A DNA stretch of 64,000 nt. Source: a virus. Both the position numbers and the translations under genes were made by a program. Positions within the stretch are counted from its first letter, which is position 1. Every line of letters begins with the position of its first letter. The notes beneath the pieces were generated by a model. That model made no database searches, was not told where the DNA came from, and saw nothing but the letters and a program-made list of their open reading frames with translations. The stretch is taken from positions 12,530-76,529 of IMG/VR virus record IMGVR_UViG_3300030116_004952; one strand, given 5' to 3'. Positions 21,119-30,676 of this stretch are shown here, in pieces.

Positions 21119-21953
21119 TTAAATTCTTTATCTCCAATTTAATTGGAGCGTTTCTTTTCTTTCTAGGCTTTTCTAAACCTAGCATTCTACAATCGGTATT
21201 ATTCAACCGTTTCATAGTATGCTTCTTAAACTCATCATCTTTCAATAACTGTTTAAGTATTCGTGTATCGGAATTTTTAATTCCTAGTTTTCTAGCCAAA
21301 TAAGGAATCTTAGAATAAGTTCCTCTTTTTGGCATATTAATTCTGCCAAAGGTTTTACCTTGATGGGCATAGGCCAACATCTCATAAAAATATCTTTGAC
21401 TCCATCTTCTTTTAACTACACCATCAACAAAAATTAATTTATTAGGATGCATATTTTCTGCGAGCCATGTTAATATTTGTGTATCTGATGGTTTGTTATA
21501 GATAAGCAATTTACAAACTAAATCTCTATCAGTCTGTTTAAGATATTCCATTACCAAAGAGTATGTATCTCTCTCAAAAGTAAATGGTTCTTCACTTCTA
21601 GGAGCAAGTTCTTTAATTGACTCAGATAAGTATTTCTTAGAACCTGCTCTTTTAATTTGACAAAGAGACTTGATTTCTTTAGGAACACTTTTTTCATTAA
21701 TAGAAGTCAATACTACTTGACCTTTGTAATTTCTAATTACATACAGAATGTCGTCTTTTCTAGGCTTGTAGTGAACATCTTCAATAATGATACCACTATC
21801 AATATCAATTGCAAAAATATCTTTGACTTCTATTTCATTCGCATAGAATATCAAAGGTTCTTTTACAAAAGTTAAAGCCTTTGTTGATTTTCCTGTTCCT
21901 GTTTTTCCTGTTATTAGTATTGGTCTATTCTTATTCATATTAGTTAATCCCAT
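21096..21953 (-). CDS. Divergent AAA+ protein, probable RFC large-subunit analogue
   Basis: GKTGTGKS, IIIEDVH; PIP-like C-terminus KNLNDYF; near rfcS. Confidence 0.6.
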   Translation of the reverse strand: MGLTNMNKNRPILITGKTGTGKSTKALTFVKEPLIFYANEIEVKDIFAIDIDSGIIIEDVHYKPRKDDILYVIRNYKGQVVLTSINEKSVPKEIKSLCQIKRAGSKKYLSESIKELAPRSEEPFTFERDTYSLVMEYLKQTDRDLVCKLLIYNKPSDTQILTWLAENMHPNKLIFVDGVVKRRWSQRYFYEMLAYAHQGKTFGRINMPKRGTYSKIPYLARKLGIKNSDTRILKQLLKDDEFKKHTMKRLNNTDCRMLGLEKPRKKRNAPIKLEIKNLNDYFNGE

Positions 21954-22351
21954 TAAATTACCCCTTTCAATTCAAACAATTGTTCCATTCCCTCTAATGT
22001 GAGGTGTTGTTTATTTGCAACAATATCAATTGCTTTTCTTACTTCAGACCATTCGCCTCTTAAATCTGGTAAAGCATCTGGAATAATTTCAGATAACTTA
22101 TACAGATTTAAAATGCCACCAATCTTAAGAATTGGTCTTGGTCTTGTTTTATGTTCTTCTTCTTTGAATGTGCTTTCTATTTCATATTGTAATAGTGTTC
22201 TTTCTATTGCTAGAAGAAAATCCTTATTACCTCGAATATTTAATCTTAGTCGAACTCTATATCCAATCTTAGACTTATCGCATCTGCTTAAATGTAAATC
22301 AAACTTTGAACAACTTAGAATAATTCCTATTAACATATCTTTAGAAAACAT
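21953..22351 (-). CDS. Degenerate single-motif LAGLIDADG-fold protein
   Basis: LIGIILSCSKF occupies the LAGLIDADG helix position; GYRVRLRLNI; HLTLEG C-terminal motif. Confidence 0.55.
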   Translation of the reverse strand: MFSKDMLIGIILSCSKFDLHLSRCDKSKIGYRVRLRLNIRGNKDFLLAIERTLLQYEIESTFKEEEHKTRPRPILKIGGILNLYKLSEIIPDALPDLRGEWSEVRKAIDIVANKQHLTLEGMEQLFELKGVI

Positions 22352-22355
22352 TTAA

Positions 22356-22724
22356 TCACCTACTTTTTTGAATAGTTTTGATGTCTATGAAATCATAGTT
22401 AATGCTCATTTCATACAAACCCATCTCTAAGACTTGTCTTAGTAATTCCATTTGCTCAATAGCAATCACGCCTATAACAAAATGTAACATAAATTTATAT
22501 TGCATATCTTCTTCATGTAAGTCATATGGTAAATCTTCATCTACTTCATATGTAAATCCCATAGCCTGTTCATCTAACAATATTACATCATTTACAGTCA
22601 AGGCTAATTGCATGGCAATTCTAAAAGCAGTTCCTACCTCTTGACTGATTAAGGTATCAGTATTAAAAATAAATTCAGTAGCCTCTTGATTTTCTTCAAG
22701 AAAGACTTCTAAATCATTCATCAT
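22356..22724 (-). CDS. Hypothetical acidic protein
   Basis: Co-oriented ORF in the operon. Confidence 0.55.
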   Translation of the reverse strand: MMNDLEVFLEENQEATEFIFNTDTLISQEVGTAFRIAMQLALTVNDVILLDEQAMGFTYEVDEDLPYDLHEEDMQYKFMLHFVIGVIAIEQMELLRQVLEMGLYEMSINYDFIDIKTIQKSR

Positions 22725-23184
22725 TTAATTCCCTCATGTGTTGAATTTGAGAAGGCCAATAACCGTTTGTTGATTGAGAAGGATGCATTTCCCACCAATA
22801 CAGATGCCCCGCAGTAAGGGATGAATGGTTCTTCTCTTTAGCATTTTCTTCTGCACCGATTACTAAATCCTCTATTGCTCCTTCAATCCAAAGTTTGAGA
22901 AAACCTATAAAATCTCTTGATACAGACATATCAGTATATTCTTTAACCATCGCCCTTAATGATATTTTACCAGATACATTGAACTTAGGTAATGATTTAA
23001 CTTCGGGAACGATAAATTCTCCTTCTTCATTAAAGTAAGGAACTCTTTCGACGCTCATTTTTCTTGGTCGCCCTTTTGGATTAACCATATCCTTTAGATG
23101 AGCAATTCCATCTTCAATCTTCATAACCATATAGGTATTACCATCAATCAAAGTTAGTTTTCCCTTTTCAATCATTTTGAACAC
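22714..23184 (-). CDS. Histone-fold protein with N-terminal beta domain and AT-hook-like KGRPRK
   Basis: LRAMVKEYTDMSVSRDFIGFLKLWIEGAIEDLVIGAEENAKEKNHSSLTAGHL matches a1-L1-a2-L2-a3 spacing. Confidence 0.6.
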   Translation of the reverse strand: MFKMIEKGKLTLIDGNTYMVMKIEDGIAHLKDMVNPKGRPRKMSVERVPYFNEEGEFIVPEVKSLPKFNVSGKISLRAMVKEYTDMSVSRDFIGFLKLWIEGAIEDLVIGAEENAKEKNHSSLTAGHLYWWEMHPSQSTNGYWPSQIQHMRELNDE

Positions 23185-23539
23185 CCTGCTTCAATACGGA
23201 CTTAATTACCTCTAAATCTGCCTCTTGGTCTAACACCTTTAGAGCGAGATTAAATACTTCCATAAGTCTTTGATTTTCTCTTTGTAGAGTTTGGTCAGAC
23301 TTTACTCTTACCTTTAGATACTTCATCATCTTTTTACCTAAATCGGGCTTAACCGCATCAGGAGTATGTTCTAATCTAAGAATCAAAAGACGGTCATGGA
23401 GGCTATTCAATCTTTCTTTGATGTGCTTCAATTTATGATATTCTTCTTTAATAAACGAACCGACTTGTTTTTCATTCATCGCTGAAATTTTAAAACATCT
23501 GCCGTTGCTATCACTAATATATTTGTTACTGTATGTCAT
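23168..23539 (-). CDS. Hypothetical coiled-coil protein
   Basis: Co-oriented; ATGA overlap with the ligase gene. Confidence 0.55.
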   Translation of the reverse strand: MTYSNKYISDSNGRCFKISAMNEKQVGSFIKEEYHKLKHIKERLNSLHDRLLILRLEHTPDAVKPDLGKKMMKYLKVRVKSDQTLQRENQRLMEVFNLALKVLDQEADLEVIKSVLKQGVQND

Positions 23540-25056
23540 GCTAATTCCTCCATTCTTTTCATTGTGTCTATGTCGCTTACAAACTTATCCTCTCTAATTC
23601 TTTGGCATCGAGGGAATCTGAGAGATAGATTACCCTTTGCATCTTTGCTGACTAAATCAGCCCTAATTTCCAAAACTACTCTAGGTAGGAATTTATAAGT
23701 TCCATCCTTAAATGATTCAACATTCTTTCTTAGAGTATTTGTTAATGTAATTAATTGAATATCTGTGAAACCACTTCCACACCATCCAACAGAAGTAAAA
23801 CCATTATCTGATTTTACTGCAATTTCAAATGTAGCAAATACATTTGAGTTCTTTCCATCACCATACTTTGCTGAAATAATAACTACATCTAAATCAATTA
23901 GAGGTGGTTTATACTTAGCCCAGTATTTTGACCTTTTACCAGATTCATAAGGTGCATCTGCATCCTTTACAATAATACCTTCAAAGCCTTCGTTGATTGC
24001 TTTATTGTAAAAAGCCATAACATCAGTTGTTGAACGCTCGGCTTGGTCTGGTAATTTATTCATTTCAATCAATCGTTGAGAATAAGGCAAATTCATTATT
24101 GTTACGCCATTATACATCAGACAATCGAAGATGACCCATTTTACAGGACACTTCGAGATTGCATCTGCTTTGTCCTTAGAATGCACTCTTGTTCCTAATT
24201 TGGAGTGTGGTGCGGGTGAACCTCCCTCAAGTATAGGATAGATTTCTCCATCCAAAATAAGTTCATCAACCTCATAGTTTCTAACTACTTCTGCTACATC
24301 GGTAAATTGTTCTGTAACAATATTACCTTTCCTATTGAATATAATTACGCTATCTTTATCCTTATGGATTTGATAACGATTGCCGTCATACTTAAAATCT
24401 ACAATTTTATTACTAGGCCATTGTTTCATAGGTAAAGGTTTAGCCAACATTGGTTTAATAAAACTACCATGAGTTAAATTCATTGGCGGTTCTTCATTCA
24501 TCTCATAATATGAAATAACATCACTAAGAGTATTGAAGTTACAATGTTTCTTTACTTCTGATATTTTCTTTCCATAATGTTTTGCTAATACCTTTTGTAG
24601 AGTTGCAGTTTTAATACCATTACGGCTAGTTCTTAGCCAGTATCGGATAAACCACTTTACTTCAATATCAGACATATTGTATATGTGTTCTTGAATTAGG
24701 TCAAACGAATTAGATACAATATTAGAACAATCAAGTTCTAAAAGGGTCTTGAAGGTTTTGATTGTATAAGTATTTTCTTTGTTAGAAGAATCTACCCAAT
24801 ACATCGCTTCTCCTAAATCTCCATAGGTATCATATTCTGTTTGAATTTCAGATTCAAATACGTCATATACCTTTGCCATCCATTTCTTAGCCTTAGCCAA
24901 ACCAATATTGTTTGATGCTAAGTCTTGAGAAAGAATACTAAACAATGTTTGCTTATCTTCAAAATTCTCCATTTCCCTTGAAAGAAATGTTACCGCTTGA
25001 GTTGGAGTCATAAACTCGCTCGCTTCCAGTAGTCTCGCTAATTGTTTCATTGTCAT
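23536..25056 (-). CDS. lig: ATP-dependent DNA ligase
   Basis: PMLA, KYDGNR adenylation motif, LDGEI, EGIIVK, WAKYK, SLRFPR. Confidence 0.95.
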   Translation of the reverse strand: MTMKQLARLLEASEFMTPTQAVTFLSREMENFEDKQTLFSILSQDLASNNIGLAKAKKWMAKVYDVFESEIQTEYDTYGDLGEAMYWVDSSNKENTYTIKTFKTLLELDCSNIVSNSFDLIQEHIYNMSDIEVKWFIRYWLRTSRNGIKTATLQKVLAKHYGKKISEVKKHCNFNTLSDVISYYEMNEEPPMNLTHGSFIKPMLAKPLPMKQWPSNKIVDFKYDGNRYQIHKDKDSVIIFNRKGNIVTEQFTDVAEVVRNYEVDELILDGEIYPILEGGSPAPHSKLGTRVHSKDKADAISKCPVKWVIFDCLMYNGVTIMNLPYSQRLIEMNKLPDQAERSTTDVMAFYNKAINEGFEGIIVKDADAPYESGKRSKYWAKYKPPLIDLDVVIISAKYGDGKNSNVFATFEIAVKSDNGFTSVGWCGSGFTDIQLITLTNTLRKNVESFKDGTYKFLPRVVLEIRADLVSKDAKGNLSLRFPRCQRIREDKFVSDIDTMKRMEELA

Positions 25057-25172
25057 CTATCATCACTTCCTTATTTTTATTTACTTCTATTACCAATTGT
25101 TTGAGTAATTGGCTAACTCTTCCTTCGTGTTTTTCTGAATATTCCCACATAGCATTTGCTAAGTAAATCCAA

Positions 25173-25520
25173 TCATTCTTCTTCATCTGAATCAATCTCC
25201 TGTAATAGTCTTAGGAAATTAGTCATCATCATAGAAACAACTTCTGCTTCATGTTGCTTATCCTTTTCAAGAAGTCTATGCATTACATGAATTAGAGTTG
25301 CTTGTGTTATTGCAGGTGCTAATTTTGCTAATGAACCATTTAGTTGTATTTCCCAATAACAAATAAATGATGCTCTCGCAAAATAATTTGCATATCGTAT
25401 CTCTTGAGCATTCATATTAAAACTGTCAAGAAATACTCCATCTAGTTTCTTTCGCTTTTCTTTACACCATGATGCAAACTTTTTATCGTTGTTTGCAATT
25501 AAGTATAGTTTGTTACTCAT
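25173..25520 (-). CDS. Hypothetical protein
   Basis: Coupled ORF ending DEEE*. Confidence 0.55.
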   Translation of the reverse strand: MSNKLYLIANNDKKFASWCKEKRKKLDGVFLDSFNMNAQEIRYANYFARASFICYWEIQLNGSLAKLAPAITQATLIHVMHRLLEKDKQHEAEVVSMMMTNFLRLLQEIDSDEEE

Positions 25521-25807
25521 TCTTCTTCATCCCCATAGACTTTCATTTCGATATTCAAAAGTAAATCATAAACTACCTTCTGTAATTTAGCATATGAATT
25601 TTCAATATGTTCTGGTGTTACCCTACAACCTCTTCCACTATTTGCAGGTTTATCCATTCTCCTTTCAACAATCATAGCAAATAAATCAATTAGATTTCCA
25701 GAATATCTTCTGAATCTACCATATGACCCATGAGCATATTGTCTATCGGGATTTGCTTTTCTTAGTGCATTTTTTGCTTGCACTTCACTTATTCTAGTTC
25801 TCTTCAT
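25517..25807 (-). CDS. Possible second, divergent histone-fold protein
   Basis: ISEVQAKNALRKANPD, long helix, then RVTPEHIE (L2/a3-like). Confidence 0.4.
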   Translation of the reverse strand: MKRTRISEVQAKNALRKANPDRQYAHGSYGRFRRYSGNLIDLFAMIVERRMDKPANSGRGCRVTPEHIENSYAKLQKVVYDLLLNIEMKVYGDEEE

Positions 25808-26012
25808 TAAACTCTCTCCTTAATATATCGTATAGTATTTTTGCTTCTTCGGCATTCAATCGAATGCCTTTCCTTGATGGCTTATCATTATTAAACCATC
25901 TAATATCCAGAACATCTACATTCCAGTATGTTCCTCTTTTAATCAAAACTTCATTATTAGAATCTCTAACAATTCTACCAATTAAATTAAACTCGTCTGT
26001 CAATTCATCCAC
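25794..26012 (-). CDS. PC4/YdbC-like ssDNA-binding protein
   Basis: VLDIRWF...PSRKGIRL signature. Confidence 0.8.
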   Translation of the reverse strand: MDELTDEFNLIGRIVRDSNNEVLIKRGTYWNVDVLDIRWFNNDKPSRKGIRLNAEEAKILYDILRREFNEEN

Positions 26013-26395
26013 CCCTGTTTAAACTTTTCAAGTTCCTTTGCAGAAGTAAAGTATCTTGGAGTATCTATATCATCTAAACGATTTACAACCCAACAAGCAC
26101 CACCTAATGATGAAATCTGAACAATTTCATATTGACCATCATTAATCTCTAATACTTCTTTAGTTCCTATTTCTGGAACAAGACCATACTTAAGAGTTAA
26201 TTCATTTGCAACGGTGTGCATATTTTCAAAAACATATTTGATGATATGCGCTCTTTGAATTGGTATCTTAGGTGCAACATCAATCTTTAATGAACCTGTC
26301 ATATTACAGACAACGCATTTATTTCCTTTACAGATTGGACATTTAACCTGTGCTTTATGTGGTGCAGGTAAAGTTACAGTAATTGCTCGTTTCAT
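26000..26395 (-). CDS. Protein with DnaJ-type zinc-finger repeat
   Basis: CPICKG...CVVCNMTG. Confidence 0.55.
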   Translation of the reverse strand: MKRAITVTLPAPHKAQVKCPICKGNKCVVCNMTGSLKIDVAPKIPIQRAHIIKYVFENMHTVANELTLKYGLVPEIGTKEVLEINDGQYEIVQISSLGGACWVVNRLDDIDTPRYFTSAKELEKFKQGWMN

Positions 26396-26513
26396 GCTTT
26401 ATACCCCATTATTTTATCAATTCTTTCTTGTAGTGTATTTGCTAAATCGGAATGGCCTAATAAGTTTAGAAGAGTAATAGCATCAACACAAACATTAATT
26501 AATCTATCTTCCA

Positions 26514-26789
26514 CTATTCTTCCTCCTTAAAAAAATGCACCTTTGAATTCCCAGTTCCTTTCACTGGTTTTCCAGTAAAGTTACTTAATCTTACTTTGCT
26601 ATAATTATTGTCAAGAAATGAAATTAATTCACCCGTTGTGGGAATCCGTTTAAAACATACACCTTTATGTTCCCGTTTATTTAAATAAATATACAAATCA
26701 TCTAGTATTGTATTTACTGTTTTAGGTTCGGAAGTTATTATTTCTTCCAACCAACGTTTGACAAAAACATTCATTTTTTTTCTTTTCAT
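26514..26789 (-). CDS. Small basic protein, possible wHTH
   Basis: PKTVNTILDDL...PTTGELISFL pattern. Confidence 0.45.
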   Translation of the reverse strand: MKRKKMNVFVKRWLEEIITSEPKTVNTILDDLYIYLNKREHKGVCFKRIPTTGELISFLDNNYSKVRLSNFTGKPVKGTGNSKVHFFKEEE

Positions 26790-26800
26790 TCTCCCTATAT

Positions 26801-28315
26801 TTATTCCCCCATCAATACTGCTACATCAGTAGTTAAGAAAAGATTTGCGATTGACATAGCCGCATCAAAACTTCCTATTGTTACAAGAACAGGGTCAAAA
26901 ATTCCTGCTTCTCTTAAATCACAAGAAACACCTGTTACCATGTTAATACCCATATCTCTATTATCATCAAGAAGCGCATCATATCTATCAACATCAATTC
27001 CTGCATTTTCTACTAAAGTCTGTAAAGGAGCAGTTAAAGATTTATACACAATAAAATCTCCTTTCTGTTCAATGTCTAAAACCTTTCTCGCATTATACAA
27101 TGACTTTCCACCACCAATAATAATTCCACCCTTTAATGCAGATTTAGTTGCATTTAGAGCATCATCGAGTCTTTCCTTTGTTTCACGCAGTTCAACAGTA
27201 GAACCAGCACCAACATGAATGATAGCAACTCCACCCGCTAAACGTGCCAATCGTCGCTTCAATCTTGCTTTGTCAATGCCCTTTGCTTCTTCGATACTGC
27301 CTCTTAGTTGAGCGATTTTATCTTTTGGATTACCTTCTCCGCCAATCAGAATAGTTCTCTCCTTCGACACCACAACCTTTGAACAACTTCCTAGTTCTGT
27401 TAATGAAACTAATTGAGGGTCATCCTTTGCTTCGTTAGTAAATACTTTACCTCCCACTAAAGATTGAATGTCTCCTAATTCATCAATCTGAGCATCACCA
27501 AAATTAGGTGCAAGAATAGCGGCACATTGAATTGTATTTGCTACTACATTGGCAATAAGATTATTCAATGCTGAACCTTCCATGCCTCTACACATAATTA
27601 ACAATGGTCGGCTTTGTGCAGAAGAAATTTCAAGAACTGGTAAAATATCTTTAAAGTTACGAATGTTTAAATTCGACATAAAGATAAGAGGGTTCTCAAA
27701 TACTGCTTCACCATTTTCAGTATTCGCCATAAGATGACTTAAATAACCTTCATCAAGTTCAATACCTTCTCTTACTTCAAGATAGGTTTTATTTGTTTTA
27801 GATTCTTCAACCGCAACAATGCCTTCTTTGCCAACAGTCTTTACTGCTTCGCTGATGATATTCGCCATTTCTTCATCATTGTTTGATGCAATCATGGCAA
27901 TATCGAATACATTCTCTTCATCAATTTCTGTTGAAGTTTTATAAAGATAATCTCGAACCTTTACTCCTGCTGTCATCAATTCAATTCTTAATTTGTGAAG
28001 ATTATACATTTCTTCATTATCGAGAATATTTTGACAAAGAGCCTGTGCTAAAACACAAGCCGTTGTAGTTCCATCACCAGAAGTATCTTGAGCCTTTGAT
28101 GCAATATTCTGAACTAACTGAATACCCATATTAACGAACTGGTCATCAGCATTTACATACTTTGCAATTGTTACACCATCATTAATTACAACAGGGGGAT
28201 TACCCTGCAAAATAACTGTTTTTGCTTGTGGCCCTAATGTTGGTTTAACCGTATTAGCAACAAGATTAATTCCTTCCATTAATTTCTTTTTTACTTCATC
28301 TCCAAATAGAATCAT
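26801..28315 (-). CDS. groEL: Group I chaperonin GroEL
   Basis: TLGP, INDGVTIA, GDGTTT, GGVAIIHVGA, DALNATKSA, GIFDP; likely start MILFG. Confidence 0.95.
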   Translation of the reverse strand: MILFGDEVKKKLMEGINLVANTVKPTLGPQAKTVILQGNPPVVINDGVTIAKYVNADDQFVNMGIQLVQNIASKAQDTSGDGTTTACVLAQALCQNILDNEEMYNLHKLRIELMTAGVKVRDYLYKTSTEIDEENVFDIAMIASNNDEEMANIISEAVKTVGKEGIVAVEESKTNKTYLEVREGIELDEGYLSHLMANTENGEAVFENPLIFMSNLNIRNFKDILPVLEISSAQSRPLLIMCRGMEGSALNNLIANVVANTIQCAAILAPNFGDAQIDELGDIQSLVGGKVFTNEAKDDPQLVSLTELGSCSKVVVSKERTILIGGEGNPKDKIAQLRGSIEEAKGIDKARLKRRLARLAGGVAIIHVGAGSTVELRETKERLDDALNATKSALKGGIIIGGGKSLYNARKVLDIEQKGDFIVYKSLTAPLQTLVENAGIDVDRYDALLDDNRDMGINMVTGVSCDLREAGIFDPVLVTIGSFDAAMSIANLFLTTDVAVLMGE

Positions 28316-28443
28316 TCTTCCATCTCCTTCGACCTTTTCCATGCATCAAAAAGTTGTTTTAGAATAGAAGGGTGAGTTTCATTAACCCACGTTAGAAATT
28401 CTGCAACTCCTTCTATTGCCATTTCTTCAGTAAATACTCTCAT
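28312..28443 (-). CDS. 43-aa hypothetical between groES and groEL
   Basis: MRVFTEEMAIEG...KEMEE*; ATGA-coupled on both sides. Confidence 0.45.
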   Translation of the reverse strand: MRVFTEEMAIEGVAEFLTWVNETHPSILKQLFDAWKRSKEMEE

Positions 28444-28652
28444 TCTAGCACCGCCAAAATCCAATCGTCATGAATAAATTTAAATTCACCTAAATCTTCA
28501 ATAGGTTTGAGTAAAGAAAAAACAACACGTTTTCCGACAATATCTTTATTCATACTATCTACAACAACACCGACATTGTTCTCCTTTACAATAATTTGAC
28601 CTACTGTATCTTCATCCTGCATTACTACTGAATACTTTCCGTATGCTTTCAT
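28440..28652 (-). CDS. groES: GroES-like co-chaperonin (short)
   Basis: MKAYGKYSVV...GQIIV...GVVV...VGKRVVF...FIHDDWILAVLE follows the cpn10 pattern; upstream of groEL. Confidence 0.7.
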   Translation of the reverse strand: MKAYGKYSVVMQDEDTVGQIIVKENNVGVVVDSMNKDIVGKRVVFSLLKPIEDLGEFKFIHDDWILAVLE

Positions 28653-28864
28653 TCTTCTTCGCCTCCGATATAAACCCACTTCTTCTTTAGAGTCATATCG
28701 GTATAAGTCCAAATATGATTTTGATGAAACTTTTCTAGTTTCTTATCACGTTCAGTTTTCTTAGACCATGTTACTCCTTTTTGTGGACTACGAATGTTTT
28801 TGTCATTCGGGTGTTTTTCAAAGTGCTTCTCTCTCCTTTGTGCTACTGGTGATTTGCTTCTCAT
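28649..28864 (-). CDS. Small basic hypothetical protein
   Basis: Coupled ORF ending GGEEE*. Confidence 0.5.
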   Translation of the reverse strand: MRSKSPVAQRREKHFEKHPNDKNIRSPQKGVTWSKKTERDKKLEKFHQNHIWTYTDMTLKKKWVYIGGEEE

Positions 28865-29373
28865 TCTTCTTCCTCCCTGTATTGATTTTGATAATAACTT
28901 TCACCCATATTACTTTCTTGAATAAAGAGAGTATGTGGGTCAGTATTCTGCCAAAAACCAAAATGTTCTCGACCACCGAGAACATATGCTTCTTTCATCT
29001 TTGTTTGCCAAATATTAACAGTATTCCAATCAGTTCCGCTAAAGTATGCTTTACCAAAAGGATGAGTATGAATCCAACACTTAATCGGTAATTTCATTCC
29101 TGTTGGCTGTTGCATAAAAGATACAAAACCTGTTGAACCAGATGATACGAAACAATTATCATTATCATCAATTACAACTTGAACTTCAAGATGAGGTAGA
29201 ATCTTTGTAGACATATCCCAAATAACACCAAAGAAACTTGTTTCTGCAAATGGTTCAAAATCTGAATGTTCATTATACCAATCAGTTCTAGCATTCCATG
29301 TTTCTTTAATTGATTCCTCAACGTAATCTCTTCGATTTTTTAATTCTTCTTCATACGGTATCATTATTTTCAC
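28861..29373 (-). CDS. JAB/JAMM (MPN+) metalloprotease
   Basis: Upstream Glu (LEVQVV) plus H-x-H-x7-S-x2-D motif (HTHPFGKAYFSGTD). Confidence 0.85.
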   Translation of the reverse strand: MKIMIPYEEELKNRRDYVEESIKETWNARTDWYNEHSDFEPFAETSFFGVIWDMSTKILPHLEVQVVIDDNDNCFVSSGSTGFVSFMQQPTGMKLPIKCWIHTHPFGKAYFSGTDWNTVNIWQTKMKEAYVLGGREHFGFWQNTDPHTLFIQESNMGESYYQNQYREEEE

Positions 29374-30109
29374 CTACTAGTTTATCCAACTTTGCTTGGA
29401 GTTTTTGTTGCTTCTTCAACTTTCGACGTTCTCGACGAGAAAGAGGTTTTTTCTTTGCTTCGGCCAAAAGACCTTCCATTTCCTTTGTATAATTTTCAAA
29501 GGCCAATTTCCACGACTCTTCAGACAATGTTAAAGTAGTGGCCATTGTTCTGTTTTGCGACTTAAGTTTGCTAACTTCTTTTCTTAGGCTAACAATACTT
29601 TCTTTCTTTTGCTTAAGAAGCCTTTCAAGTTCTGAGTAAGAAAGTTTTGATTCCTTCTTTGTTTTCTTAGAACCAGTCTTTTCTGTCTTTGCAGAAAGAA
29701 CCTTCTTAAGTTCCTTACGTTCCTTGAGATACTTATTCCAACAATCTTTACATTGTTTGTTTCCTTTCTTCTTAAAAGAAGGATACCAGTTTTTATCAGT
29801 CAAAGCAACGCCACAAGTTCTACAATTATTCTTCGTTGTAGAAATCTTTTTCTTTGAAGTCTTTTTCTTAGGCTTAGGGCTAGGCTTAGGCTTTTTACCA
29901 ACTGCTCTTGTATTTGCTACAAGTTTAGCCCCAACCTTATTCTTTCGCATGGAAGAAGCCTTTACTTCAACTGACTTGAAAGTTCTTACTTCTCCAAATT
30001 TTTCTACAAACTTCTTATAAATTGTCTTTGCAGGTTTGTTTAAATGCAAATACATAAATGCCGTTTGTTCTGCTGTCCATCTGTTATTTTGTTTTACCAT
30101 ATTTTTCAT
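29351..30109 (-). CDS. DNA-binding protein: Myb/SANT-like N-terminus, Cys4 zinc finger, coiled coil
   Basis: RWTAEQ...RTFKSV; CRTC...CKDC; K-rich linkers. Confidence 0.55.
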   Translation of the reverse strand: MKNMVKQNNRWTAEQTAFMYLHLNKPAKTIYKKFVEKFGEVRTFKSVEVKASSMRKNKVGAKLVANTRAVGKKPKPSPKPKKKTSKKKISTTKNNCRTCGVALTDKNWYPSFKKKGNKQCKDCWNKYLKERKELKKVLSAKTEKTGSKKTKKESKLSYSELERLLKQKKESIVSLRKEVSKLKSQNRTMATTLTLSEESWKLAFENYTKEMEGLLAEAKKKPLSRRERRKLKKQQKLQAKLDKLVGENNDTV

Positions 30110-30113
30110 CTCC

Positions 30114-30674
30114 TTATAGGTTAATCATAACGAAATCTTTTACTTCTTCTTCGTTAAAGAATTTTTGTGTCCATTGTGCGCCCATTCCTGCAATTACAAT
30201 TTGCATGAATTGAACGTTTTTGTTAGTTCCATCCCAAGAATCTCCTTGACAACTGAAACTTCTATCATCTCCTGCTAATAGGCTATCATAAAGCATTGGG
30301 TCGGAAAGCGATGAAATCAAAGCCGAGTTCCTACCCTGCGCTCTAAGGTCAAGCCACTTAAGACTTGTGTTGTATAACGTGCGTCTTACTCCTAAGTTAT
30401 CTACACAACACACAACTAGGTCATATCCTTGCATTTGTTTTTCTGAAAGAATCTTAAATGTATTACCAAAACCAACACTAGAGTATGTATCTCTCATAAC
30501 TAATGCCTTATTCTGCCCAATATGACCTTTCTTAAAGTTTTGATAAGTTAAGTTCTTTTCTTCAACAACATCGGGGTCTGCGACTGTAATATCATATAGC
30601 CCAACTTTATCTAAGAACTGAATCAAAAACGAACCAATTCCACCTGCTCCAATTACTAATATTTTTCTTTTCAT
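30114..30674 (-). CDS. ThiF/MoeB/E1-like adenylating enzyme
   Basis: VIGAGGIGS, DPDVVEEKNLTYQ, CVDN, candidate catalytic Cys in SFSCQ. Confidence 0.88.
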   Translation of the reverse strand: MKRKILVIGAGGIGSFLIQFLDKVGLYDITVADPDVVEEKNLTYQNFKKGHIGQNKALVMRDTYSSVGFGNTFKILSEKQMQGYDLVVCCVDNLGVRRTLYNTSLKWLDLRAQGRNSALISSLSDPMLYDSLLAGDDRSFSCQGDSWDGTNKNVQFMQIVIAGMGAQWTQKFFNEEEVKDFVMINL

Positions 30675-30676
30675 AT

